Part shown: positions 15,416 to 24,050 of the stretch, in pieces
How positions within the stretch are numbered: position 1 is the first letter of the stretch
How the letters are laid out: the number at the start of each line of letters is the position of its first letter
Assembly: GCA_013329175.1 (NCBI GenBank)
Contig: DUKR01000031.1
Coordinates: forward strand, 1 to 32,459
Direction: 5' to 3'
DNA length: 32,459 nt
From: Candidatus Woesearchaeota archaeon
GTDB taxonomy: Archaea; Nanobdellota; Nanobdellia; Woesearchaeales; UBA11716
Notes under the pieces: generated by a model
What the model saw: only the letters and a program-made list of their open reading frames with translations
Databases searched by the model: none
What the model was told of the DNA's origin: nothing
Program-made: the position numbers and the translations under genes

Positions 15416-15778
15416 ATGGCTACCATTATTATAGTTGATGACCACAAGGACATAGTGGACACATTGGTAAAGATAGTCGTGAAGATGGGGCACACCGCAG
15501 TTACGGCAGGTAATGGCGAGGAATTTCTCAGCAAGGTGAGCGATGCAAAGCCTGACCTGGCATTGCTTGACGTGATGATGCCAGGACTTACCACAAAACA
15601 GATACTCAACGGTCTTAAGGAAAAGAATCTTGGAAATCTGAAGGTCATCCTCGTAACAGTCGTTCGCTTTGCAGATGAGGAGAAAAAAGCGCTGATGAGT
15701 GAGCATAACATCGTGGACTATGTCACCAAGCCATTCAAAGTACATGAGCTGATGGAAAGCATCAAAAGGCAGCTTTAG
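15416..15778 (+). CDS. Single-domain response regulator
   Basis: IIIVDD, LLDVMMPG, VILVT and TKPF motifs. A GGGGTG RBS precedes ATG 15416. Confidence 0.92.
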   Translation: MATIIIVDDHKDIVDTLVKIVVKMGHTAVTAGNGEEFLSKVSDAKPDLALLDVMMPGLTTKQILNGLKEKNLGNLKVILVTVVRFADEEKKALMSEHNIVDYVTKPFKVHELMESIKRQL

Positions 15779-15787
15779 GCGGACACT

Positions 15788-16291
15788 ATGGAAACCGAGT
15801 TGGTCATCATCTCACCGCAGATCTATCATGCATCAGTGATTGGGTTTGCCAAAAAAGCTGCAGAAAGCAATGAAAACGTCTGCTATGTGTCGCTGAACAA
15901 GACCTATAAGTCAATGCTACAGGCTTTGAAGAAGAGCAGCATTGAGAAAAAAAAATTCTTTTTCATTGACGTGATATCTCCAACCGTCTTTAAGACAGCT
16001 GCTGCCAAGCAGTGCATTTTTCTGGATTCATTGAACCTGAATGACCTGGGGAGCACGCTTCTTGGCGTCATCAAAAAGAACAGGATAACATTGGTTATTT
16101 TTGACTCGCTGTCGTCCCTTCTGGTCTATAAAAAAGATGATGAGGTGCTTGATTTTACCAATTATGTCCTGCCTTTTCTGGAGGAGTCAGGGGTAAAAGC
16201 CACCCTGCTGTGCCTGTCTGACGATTCCGAAAAGCCGGCAATCAAGCAGCTGAAGATGCGGGTTGGTGACGTTACGCTTATGAAAGAGTGA
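15788..16291 (+). CDS. Inactive KaiC/RecA-fold (DUF835-like) small protein
   Basis: CYVSLNKTY...FFIDVIS...VIFDSLSSLLVY is a Walker-B-like region; no Walker A is present. Confidence 0.75.
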   Translation: METELVIISPQIYHASVIGFAKKAAESNENVCYVSLNKTYKSMLQALKKSSIEKKKFFFIDVISPTVFKTAAAKQCIFLDSLNLNDLGSTLLGVIKKNRITLVIFDSLSSLLVYKKDDEVLDFTNYVLPFLEESGVKATLLCLSDDSEKPAIKQLKMRVGDVTLMKE

Positions 16292-16803
16292 CTTTCAGAA
16301 TGGTCAATATACTTGCGATTGTCTCAAATTACCTCTATCAGGGAAAGTTGTATGAGATAGTCAAGGACGCTGAGAGGGTGAATAACAAGATACTGTATGT
16401 CTCCCTGAACAAGACGTACAAAAGCCTGATTGCCCAGTGCAGTAGTGATGCTGTTGATATAGGAAAATTCTATTTTATCGATACGATAACCGCTACGGTC
16501 ACTGAGCCAGCTCCTGTTGAGCATTGCTTGTTTCTGCCCACTGCAGATGATGTTCAGTCGCTGTATGCGGGGATAATAAAAACCGTAAAAGAAAAAGGCA
16601 TAGACATCGTGATATTTGATTCCCTTTCCTCACTGACGACATATAAAAATTTTGATGAAATCGTGCATTTTGTCACGACGCTTTTAGGCACTCTCTCCAT
16701 TCTTGACTGCTCAGCGGTATTTACCTGCATGCAAAGCGATGAGAATGCGCCGTTGATCCAGCACGTCAAGATGAAGGTTGATAAAAGCTATGAGCTGAGC
16801 TGA
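16288..16803 (+). CDS. Inactive KaiC/RecA-fold (DUF835-like) small protein, paralogue of the upstream gene
   Basis: LYVSLNKTYKS...FYFIDTIT...VIFDSLSSLTTY. GTGA overlap with the previous gene; alternative start ATG 16300. Confidence 0.75.
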   Translation: MTFRMVNILAIVSNYLYQGKLYEIVKDAERVNNKILYVSLNKTYKSLIAQCSSDAVDIGKFYFIDTITATVTEPAPVEHCLFLPTADDVQSLYAGIIKTVKEKGIDIVIFDSLSSLTTYKNFDEIVHFVTTLLGTLSILDCSAVFTCMQSDENAPLIQHVKMKVDKSYELS

Positions 16804-16836
16804 TGGATATCAATAAAGCATGGCACCTCAAAAACA

Positions 16837-16915
16837 CCTCATGTCCTTAAATCGTTCTACCCACTATTTCCTTGAGGAGAATGGAGGGCTCTGAGAACGA
16901 TATTAGGACACTAAG
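16837..16915. mobile_element. MITE copy 3 (79 bp, inverted relative to copies 1 and 2, more diverged)
   Basis: The reverse complement aligns to 24-104 with about 7 substitutions and a 2-bp deletion. It lies between convergent genes, and the flanks CAAAAACA and GAATACAT are not duplicated. Confidence 0.88.
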
Positions 16916-16922
16916 GAATACA

Positions 16923-19109
16923 TCAGATCTCTATAATTTTCCAACTTGACAAGTCATTAGGATTGTATTCGTATTTCTCTTTGTCATTGTCATTGTAACG
17001 CCATGTTCCGTTTACAAAAATAGCAATACCGCCCCAGACTTTCTTATCTTTGTTTTTCTTGAGGTATTTTTGTAATCCTTCGGCTCTTGGCCCTGCTTCT
17101 TTTGCTGTCATTCCGCTTTTTGTGTCAAAGAGACCGGTAGAGCCGTCTGTAAACAGCACGATGAAGTCAACATAGAAAGCTCTCTCAATTCCATTCTCAT
17201 CTGTATATGGCACTGCGAAATATTTTGCTTCTGCTTCGCCGTTCTTGAACCACCATTTTGCTTTTTTTGATTTGTTGAGCAATTCTATAAATCTTCTTTC
17301 CGGCTCGCTTGGTTTCTTTGTGTAAAATGGCTTCATTATTGAGGTTGGCTGTTCTTCTTTGCTGTATCTGCTGTTGTAGCTGATAATAACAGGAATTTCC
17401 CATTTTGGTATCTCTTTCTTCTCTCTCTTTTCGTTGAGTTGTTCAACGACTTCTTTTTTGTAGCGTTCTTTTGCTATGTTGATGGCATCTACGAATGCCT
17501 GCACGTTTTCCTTTCCTAAAACTATTCTTTGGGCTTGCGGATCAAACTTTCTGAGCTTGTATTTTTCTGTGAAAAAGTTGTAAAGTGCTGTTTTCATCCT
17601 ATCGCTTGAATCTGATGGTGCGTATGGTGTGCAGTTATCAGCAATGAATTTATCAAATAACTGCTGTAATTCTGCAAGATTTAGCTGGACTTCAATTTGC
17701 CCTTTTCTTTCAATTTCTCCTAATTGGTCAATGTTTACAATTTTGCCATCTGCGATTATCGGGCTTACTATTCGTGATGGCTGGGCAGTAATTTTCTTCT
17801 GGAGTTTGGTTTCTTCTGCCACTTTCATAAAAATATCGCCAAACTTTCCCGATAGTCTTGTTCGTTCTCTTTGTCTTTTCAGGAAAATTGAGGGCAGATA
17901 GATGTCTTTGTAGAGTTTGCTGTCCCTTTTTGCTTCATAAACAGTAACGTAATCCTTTGCATAATCTTCTGTAATCTCAATATTCGGCAGGTTTGTAAAG
18001 ACATAACCTTTATTCAAATCTTCTTCATTATAATACTTCAATTCAGGCATTCTCATAATTCTGCCAATGGTCTGAATGGTAAAAGTGAAGCTTTTTGATT
18101 CTCTGAAAATAACGAGAATTTGCGCTCTTGGGCAATCCCAACCTAAAGCAATAGCCTGTTTGAAAACCAAAACGTCTACTTCATTGTCGTTTTTGTCAAC
18201 ATTTGCCAGATTGTCGGTTTTTTCTTCTGAAAGCCACACTGCCAGCTTTCCGTTTTCTTCAGTTATCTTGAATTTGTCCTTTAGAATTTTTACAACATCA
18301 TCTTTTTTGTTAATGAGATTACTCTTTTTGTCTGGCAGTTGGATAAGCACAAGAGGGTTTATGTTTGAGCCTTCTTTCTCGTAAAGTTTGGCTACTTCCT
18401 GCCTTTTCTTTAACGCTTGCTCTATAATCAGCTCATCTGAGCTTTTCGTACCTGTTTTTATTTCCAGAAATTCGGGATTAACAGCTATCTCTGACTTAAT
18501 CATTTCTTCAGCTTTTACCTGTGAAATATGCACTTTTTCAATCTCAGAAACGTTCTCTTTTAAGTGGGGAGTAGCTGATACTTCAATCGTAACTTTGGGC
18601 CCGATTGTCTCAATCAATTCTTTTGATTTTTCAGAACTCGCTGTATGATGGCTTTCATCAATGATTAGGATTATTTGCCTTCCTTCTTCCTTTGTATTCT
18701 GTATTAGGGCATTGAGATTATTGTCCTGCTCATTCTCTCGGACATAAATGTTAATGTCTTTCTTGTTTATGCTATGCCAATTTATGAACAAAATCTCATT
18801 TTCCCCTATCTGTCTGTCTTCCAAATCTTCAAAATAAGAGCATTGGATTAACCGGTCATCTTCGTAATATTTCTCTAATTTCTCTTTGCTTTGTTCGTGT
18901 AACATTCTGACAGAAACCCAGACGAAAGAGTATTTTGTATGGTTCTCCTTGACCAATTGTTTAAGCATCTCAGAAACCATAACTGTTTTACCGCTTCCTG
19001 TCGGTGCTTGGAAAATTACAACTTCATTGTCCGGCGTATTCAGAACATTCTGGACTTTTGCTTTAAGACTTTCAACTGCCTTTTTCTGATAATCTCGTAA
19101 GTCTATCAT
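16923..19109 (-). CDS. res: Type III restriction enzyme Res subunit (SF2 helicase + PD-(D/E)xK nuclease)
   Basis: APTGSGKT, IIDESHH, SATP, GWDCPRA and QTIGRIMR motifs, plus C-terminal YVDF...FDTK. Overlaps the mod gene by ATGA. Confidence 0.92.
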   Translation of the reverse strand: MIDLRDYQKKAVESLKAKVQNVLNTPDNEVVIFQAPTGSGKTVMVSEMLKQLVKENHTKYSFVWVSVRMLHEQSKEKLEKYYEDDRLIQCSYFEDLEDRQIGENEILFINWHSINKKDINIYVRENEQDNNLNALIQNTKEEGRQIILIIDESHHTASSEKSKELIETIGPKVTIEVSATPHLKENVSEIEKVHISQVKAEEMIKSEIAVNPEFLEIKTGTKSSDELIIEQALKKRQEVAKLYEKEGSNINPLVLIQLPDKKSNLINKKDDVVKILKDKFKITEENGKLAVWLSEEKTDNLANVDKNDNEVDVLVFKQAIALGWDCPRAQILVIFRESKSFTFTIQTIGRIMRMPELKYYNEEDLNKGYVFTNLPNIEITEDYAKDYVTVYEAKRDSKLYKDIYLPSIFLKRQRERTRLSGKFGDIFMKVAEETKLQKKITAQPSRIVSPIIADGKIVNIDQLGEIERKGQIEVQLNLAELQQLFDKFIADNCTPYAPSDSSDRMKTALYNFFTEKYKLRKFDPQAQRIVLGKENVQAFVDAINIAKERYKKEVVEQLNEKREKKEIPKWEIPVIISYNSRYSKEEQPTSIMKPFYTKKPSEPERRFIELLNKSKKAKWWFKNGEAEAKYFAVPYTDENGIERAFYVDFIVLFTDGSTGLFDTKSGMTAKEAGPRAEGLQKYLKKNKDKKVWGGIAIFVNGTWRYNDNDKEKYEYNPNDLSSWKIIEI

Positions 19110-20764
19110 TTGAATATCCTCTTGTAAACGTTTAATATGACTGCTGGAATTGGCCTTAATTCAACCAGATCAGCGACATCCTCAAATTCATCTTCTCTTG
19201 CACTTTCATCAAGAGAGAAAACATAAACGACAAACTGCTTTTTTAATTTTTTAGCTTCTTTTTTGAATGGCTCAATGCCCTCATCATCGTAAATTATTCC
19301 TAAATGTTTGTCTTGACCATTCTTGAAAATTTTGAAATTCTTGCCATCCATAACCTCATCAAAACAATCTTCTTTTAAGCAAAGCATTTCTGTTGATTTA
19401 TCAACCATTTTATGCTTATTAGTATCGGTTTGTTCAGCATCAACGAAGCCGGTTTTATAATACTTCAAACCGCCGGGCATATTACTTACTAACTTACCTT
19501 TAGATTCTTTTTCTAAATTTTGAATTACCTTTTTAACACGAGGATAGCATATATCCTCGGCAATTTTATCACCTGAACCGTTATTGTTTTCATTGTTTGT
19601 ACAGAGTATAAACTTTCTAAATCCATTATCCTCCAAATTGTACTCTGTTACAGCTTGCCCAGTAGTACCCGAACCCGCAAAAAAATCAAGAATAATACTC
19701 TTTTTTGTTGATGATAATTCTACTATTCTTTTAATTAGTGAAACAGGTTTCGGATTATTAAATTTTTTAGCACCTAACAATTTTTCTAATTCCTGAGTTC
19801 CATTAGTAGTTGTCCCAACGTCATCCCAAATTGATTTTGGGGCTAACCCTTTACCCTCCGCATCAGTTAAATAGCGTTTTAGTTGTGGTTTTGAATTTCC
19901 AGATTTTCCAAATATTATTCTACCCTCTGCAAAATATTTTTTATATTCTTCCTCTGTTGTTCTCCAATGCCTACCTTTAGGAGGCATAAAAATTTTTCCT
20001 GTTTTAGGATTTTTTATTGGATATTCTAAATTTGGTCGTATTTCTGGAGCATCAAATGGATCAGCAGTCCATGGACCTCTTGGATCATTATCGGAATTAA
20101 GAAATTTACCATTATTTACGCCTTTTAATCTAAATTCATGCTTATGTTTTTGTAACCACTTCATGCTTTTTGCATAGAATAATGTGTGATTGTGATTCAG
20201 AGAAACAATTGTATCGCTTGAAACTGATTTTCTTGAATTCCAAATAATATCAATAACAAAATTTTCTTCACCAAAGATATCATCACATAATAATTTTAAT
20301 TGTGCAACTTCAGTATCATCAATAGAAATAAAAATCATTCCTCTTATCGACATTAAATTTTTTGCTAATTTCAATCTCTTAGACATGAATGAAAGCCATT
20401 TACTATGTCTGTAAGTATCCTCTCTGTCAATTATTTTATCGTTATAAACGAAATTGTCTCCAGAGCCACGATTATACGGCGGATCAATGTAGATAACATC
20501 AACAGTCCCCTTATGCGTATAATTCAAAACTGAAAGAGCGTGATAATTATCGCCCTCTATCAAAATATTTACTTGCTTTTTGTCATCCGTTTTAATTTCC
20601 TTTTTTGTATCTTCTTCTAGAATAGGCAATTCTGTTTCGCATCTTTTTGCAACAGTTTCAGGCTTTTCTTCCCAGACTATTCCATATTTCTTTCTTTTTT
20701 CAACTTTCTTTAACTCTCTAACCAATTCTTCTTTTGACCAATTGGAATAATCTTTTTTTGCCAT
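19106..20764 (-). CDS. mod: Type III R-M methyltransferase Mod subunit (N6-adenine, beta class)
   Basis: IEGDNY, YIDPPY, HSKWLSFM, ISIDD, NPKP and LDFFAGSGTT motifs, with an AT-rich central target recognition domain. Confidence 0.93.
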   Translation of the reverse strand: MAKKDYSNWSKEELVRELKKVEKRKKYGIVWEEKPETVAKRCETELPILEEDTKKEIKTDDKKQVNILIEGDNYHALSVLNYTHKGTVDVIYIDPPYNRGSGDNFVYNDKIIDREDTYRHSKWLSFMSKRLKLAKNLMSIRGMIFISIDDTEVAQLKLLCDDIFGEENFVIDIIWNSRKSVSSDTIVSLNHNHTLFYAKSMKWLQKHKHEFRLKGVNNGKFLNSDNDPRGPWTADPFDAPEIRPNLEYPIKNPKTGKIFMPPKGRHWRTTEEEYKKYFAEGRIIFGKSGNSKPQLKRYLTDAEGKGLAPKSIWDDVGTTTNGTQELEKLLGAKKFNNPKPVSLIKRIVELSSTKKSIILDFFAGSGTTGQAVTEYNLEDNGFRKFILCTNNENNNGSGDKIAEDICYPRVKKVIQNLEKESKGKLVSNMPGGLKYYKTGFVDAEQTDTNKHKMVDKSTEMLCLKEDCFDEVMDGKNFKIFKNGQDKHLGIIYDDEGIEPFKKEAKKLKKQFVVYVFSLDESAREDEFEDVADLVELRPIPAVILNVYKRIFK

Positions 20765-20767
20765 AAT

Positions 20768-20914
20768 TTAAGACCTTGATTTGTTCCTCTTTAATTCCTC
20801 AACCATAAAATTTTCAAACTGTTTTGATAAGATGAAGCCCTTCTGCTCACAGTATCTTCTGTATTCTTCGTAAACTTCTTCTTCAACGCTTAACGATACT
20901 GTCTTTTTTGCCAT
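20768..20914 (-). CDS. 48-aa ribbon-helix-helix DNA-binding protein upstream of mod (not in the ORF track)
   Basis: MAKKTVSLSVEEEVYEEYRRYCEQKGFILSKQFENFMVEELKRNKSRS shows the RHH pattern of an alternating beta strand, helix, G-x-x-x-S and second helix. It has a GGTGG RBS and its stop is 3 nt before the mod start. Confidence 0.8.
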   Translation of the reverse strand: MAKKTVSLSVEEEVYEEYRRYCEQKGFILSKQFENFMVEELKRNKSRS

Positions 20915-20945
20915 AACCACCAACCCATGTATGTATATATAATCT

Positions 20946-20972
20946 TAAATGTAACTCCTATATAAATGTAAC
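20946..20972 (-). promoter_or_regulatory. TATA box overlapped by 10-bp direct repeats (putative RHH operator)
   Basis: TAAATGTAAC at 20946-20955 and 20963-20972; TTTATATA on the minus strand at 20959-20966. Confidence 0.5.
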
Positions 20973-21122
20973 GACACCCTCTCTCATATAATATTTTTTC
21001 AGAAAAAGAAACAAAAACACGCCCCTGCTCCCTGTCCTTCGGAAATCATAGTCATCCTTTTTCCCCATTCTTTCCCTATTATTTCTTCCAGTATTTATAT
21101 TGGGTACGCCATTGCCCATAGC

Positions 21123-21518
21123 ATGGCACCAAAAACAGCGTACGGATACAAAAGAGCACTCAGCATCCCTTTTACTGAAGCACTGGACAAAGCAAGAACT
21201 GAGTTGCAGGCAAATGGCTTTGGCGTCCTGTGCGAGATAGACGTCGCGGCAAAGCTCAAAGAAAAAGTCGGCGCAAACATCGGCAGGTATGTCATACTTG
21301 GAGCCTGTAACCCTCCTTTGGCGTACAGGGCAATTTGTGCTGAGCGGGACATCGGCCTTATGTTTCCCTGCAACATTGTCATCTCTGAGAAGGATAGCAA
21401 GGTGACAGCCTCCTGCATCCTCCCGACAACAGCGATGGGGATGATTGATAATCCCAAACTCAGGGAAGTTGCAGCAGAAGTTGAAGTGCAGCTCAAAACA
21501 ATAATAGACAAGCTCTAA
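21123..21518 (+). CDS. DUF302-family protein
   Basis: GFGVLCEIDV...YVILGACNPPLA...IGLMFPCNIV signature. TTTATAT lies about 25 nt upstream, consistent with a leaderless transcript. Confidence 0.9.
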   Translation: MAPKTAYGYKRALSIPFTEALDKARTELQANGFGVLCEIDVAAKLKEKVGANIGRYVILGACNPPLAYRAICAERDIGLMFPCNIVISEKDSKVTASCILPTTAMGMIDNPKLREVAAEVEVQLKTIIDKL

Positions 21519-21530
21519 AGAGTATCTACA

Positions 21531-21962
21531 ATGGCAGATGCACATCTCAAGGAAAAGCTCGCAACCGCAACAGGCAGCATATCGGGCGCTGCAAGCATTA
21601 TGGGCTCCTGGCAGGTCTGCCACAGCATCTGCCTTGGGCTTATCGCACTACTTGGCATCATTGGCATCACCATCACAGGTATGCCCTTGCTTTTCCTCAA
21701 TAAGATTGCCATTCCGCTATGGAGCATAGCAGTCATCCTTCTGGGAGTTACCTCTTATTTGTATGTTACAAAAAAGTGCATATCAAAGAATCTTATCCTG
21801 CTCAACACAGGACTCATTATTGCTGGCATTCCCTTCCCAAAAGTCAGCAGCTTCCAGCCCTTATTCTGGATTATCGGAGGGATGGCCGCAATCTTTGGCC
21901 TGACGCTCTTCATCAGGGAAAAGCTTGACAAGAAAAAATGCAGGAGGCACCATCATGGATAA
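21531..21962 (+). CDS. Membrane protein with CHSIC motif
   Basis: About 4 TM segments, QVCHSICLG, and a C-terminal CRRHHHG. Confidence 0.7.
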   Translation: MADAHLKEKLATATGSISGAASIMGSWQVCHSICLGLIALLGIIGITITGMPLLFLNKIAIPLWSIAVILLGVTSYLYVTKKCISKNLILLNTGLIIAGIPFPKVSSFQPLFWIIGGMAAIFGLTLFIREKLDKKKCRRHHHG

Positions 21963-22434
21963 CAACAAGGAAACATACCTGCTCTACGGGATTGTCGCTC
22001 TCGCAATCATCGTCCTCGCGTACACTGGCTACAGCGTCATTGGGCAGGGCATAATGCAGAAAGACAAGTACATCCAGACTGTCCCAATAACAGGAGAAGA
22101 TTCCCCCTACCAGGCAGTCTCTACAGGAAGCACAGGAGAAGGCGAAGTGCAGATAGAACTCAGCCCTCATGAGCCGCAAGGCGGAAGGCTTGCTATTGAC
22201 ATAGCAGCAAACACCCATTCTGTTGACCTCTCGCAGTTTGACCTGAAGGAGATAACCGCATTGCAGATAGGAACAAAGCAGTTCAGGCCTATTGACGCGC
22301 CAACTCTTTCCAGCCATCATGCCTCAGGCACTCTTACATTTGATATCGGCTCAGCTAAAACTGACGCATTCATTGTCATTATCACAGGCATCCCAAAGGT
22401 TGCAACGCGATCTTTCAGATGGGATGGAACATAA
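21955..22434 (+). CDS. Membrane-anchored protein with THSVDL / HH motifs (putative metal-binding beta domain)
   Basis: GGAGG RBS before ATG 21955, an N-terminal TM helix, and NTHSVDL...SSHHASGTL. Confidence 0.7.
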   Translation: MDNNKETYLLYGIVALAIIVLAYTGYSVIGQGIMQKDKYIQTVPITGEDSPYQAVSTGSTGEGEVQIELSPHEPQGGRLAIDIAANTHSVDLSQFDLKEITALQIGTKQFRPIDAPTLSSHHASGTLTFDIGSAKTDAFIVIITGIPKVATRSFRWDGT

Positions 22435-22467
22435 AGAAGACTCCCAAAAGAGAGAGGAACAAGAACA

Positions 22468-22947
22468 ATGAAACGAACAATACTGTTAACTGCCCTGCTT
22501 GCAGCGGGCATTCTCATCCTTGCCGGCTGTGCGCAATCAGGCACCAACACAGGCGCAAGCGTAGCGGGGAAATCATCAGGCACCGCGATTACCATTTTCA
22601 AATCAGACTCCTGCGGCTGCTGCGGAGTGTACACTAAATACATGGATAGGGAAGGCTATAACGTAACCATCAATACTGTCAGGGACACCACAGCAATAAA
22701 GGAGCAGTACGGCGTCCCTGCTGCATTGCAGAGTTGCCACACAACTGTGGTAGGCGATTATGTTGTTGAAGGACATATCCCAAGTGAAGCGGTAGAAAAG
22801 TTGCTTTCTGAAAGGCCTGACATCAAAGGCATAGCGTTGCCGGGAATGCCATCAGGCTCTCCAGGTATGCCTGGCTCTAAAACTGGCGAATGGACCATCT
22901 ATGCGCTCAACAACGACGGAAGCTATGACGTGTTCATGAAGGTATGA
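22468..22947 (+). CDS. DUF411 / CopG-like copper-binding lipoprotein
   Basis: Lipobox ILAGC; motifs SCGCC, SCHT, VEGHIP and PGMPSGSPGM. Confidence 0.9.
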   Translation: MKRTILLTALLAAGILILAGCAQSGTNTGASVAGKSSGTAITIFKSDSCGCCGVYTKYMDREGYNVTINTVRDTTAIKEQYGVPAALQSCHTTVVGDYVVEGHIPSEAVEKLLSERPDIKGIALPGMPSGSPGMPGSKTGEWTIYALNNDGSYDVFMKV

Positions 22948-23465
22948 GGATGAAGCTCAAGCCTCTTTTTGTACTGGCAATGGCCTCCCTGCTGTTCGCA
23001 AGGATAGCAGATGCCCATTGCCCCCTTTGCACTATAGGCGCAGGCGCACTAGCCGGAAGCGCAGCATGGCTTGGCGTCAGCAAGTCAGTGATAGGCGTAT
23101 TCATCGGAGCATTTGCTGTCTCCACGGGCTGGTGGATGGCAAGGCTCATTAAAAAGAAGGTCATCCCCTACCAGATGCCAGCAATAATTTTGGCATCATA
23201 CCTCCTGACCGTTCTGCCGCTCATTCCTCTGCTGAAAGATTATCATCCCCTCTACCTTTCGTGGCTTGGCACCTATGGCACAACCTACGCCATTGACGTC
23301 TTTTTGCTCGGAAGCATAGTTGGTGGCATCATCGTCTGCATCACACCCTGGCTTTCCGCAAAGCTCACTGCTCTGCGCAAGGGGAATCTCATTCCGTATC
23401 AAGGTATCAGCTTAACCTTTGGCTTGCTTTTCATTGCAGGTATCATCATGCAGGTGGTGGCATAA
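22944..23465 (+). CDS. Membrane protein with HCPLC motif
   Basis: Signal-like N-terminus, then AHCPLCT and 4 TM segments. Confidence 0.7.
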   Translation: MRMKLKPLFVLAMASLLFARIADAHCPLCTIGAGALAGSAAWLGVSKSVIGVFIGAFAVSTGWWMARLIKKKVIPYQMPAIILASYLLTVLPLIPLLKDYHPLYLSWLGTYGTTYAIDVFLLGSIVGGIIVCITPWLSAKLTALRKGNLIPYQGISLTFGLLFIAGIIMQVVA

Positions 23466-23466
23466 T

Positions 23467-23982
23467 ATGGGAACAAACGGCGCAGCTAGGGAACTGCAGG
23501 AATGGATGGAAAAGCTAAAGAAGTCAAAAACAAATGAAGCAGACCTTTCCCGCGACGAAGACTTAAGCATTGCTATTATGAACCTTATCAGCCTTGAGGA
23601 GCATTTCTATTTCACCGCAATGAAGACAGGCAACGGCTCGTACCTTGAGTTGCTTGATGAAGTAAGAAAGAAGCGCATTCAATTCCTCAAAAAGATTGTC
23701 AGGGATCCAAAGGGTGAGGAATGGTGCATAAGTAAGCATCTCCTTGCAGCAAGCATGCGCTTATTTGAAGTAGGCACAAAAGAATTGTCGGTAAAGGGAA
23801 AAGATGCAGCAATGCCATTTTTTCAATCAGGCTTTGACCTGTGGTCCATGTTTTTTTGCATTAATCTTGGGATGATAGAAGCCAAAGACATGAATCAGGA
23901 AGCGCTTCAGAAAGAGCATACCAGAACAGGAAAGCTCTCGGAAATGATGAAAAATATCATCAACTGCTGCAAAGAGTGGTAG
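23467..23982 (+). CDS. Conserved hypothetical helical protein (EEH, WCISKH, C-terminal CC)
   Basis: GGTGGTGG RBS before ATG 23467; NLISLEEHFYF, WCISKHLLAASMRL and INCCKEW. Confidence 0.7.
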   Translation: MGTNGAARELQEWMEKLKKSKTNEADLSRDEDLSIAIMNLISLEEHFYFTAMKTGNGSYLELLDEVRKKRIQFLKKIVRDPKGEEWCISKHLLAASMRLFEVGTKELSVKGKDAAMPFFQSGFDLWSMFFCINLGMIEAKDMNQEALQKEHTRTGKLSEMMKNIINCCKEW

Positions 23983-24050
23983 CAGGGCGTTATTGGCAAG
24001 TTTGCGGCATCAGTTTATCAATAGCAAAAAAGGACACTGGTGATGCGACC

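Noticed and set aside
21101-21119. TGGGTA-N6-TGCCCA as a CsoR-like operator before DUF302
   Set aside because: Only 5/6 symmetric, arranged opposite to the CsoR TACC...GGTA pattern, and not clearly repeated at other promoters.
20958-21623. 221-aa Cys-rich minus-strand ORF
   Set aside because: It is antisense to the clear DUF302 gene and its neighbour, and extends into AT-rich intergenic sequence.
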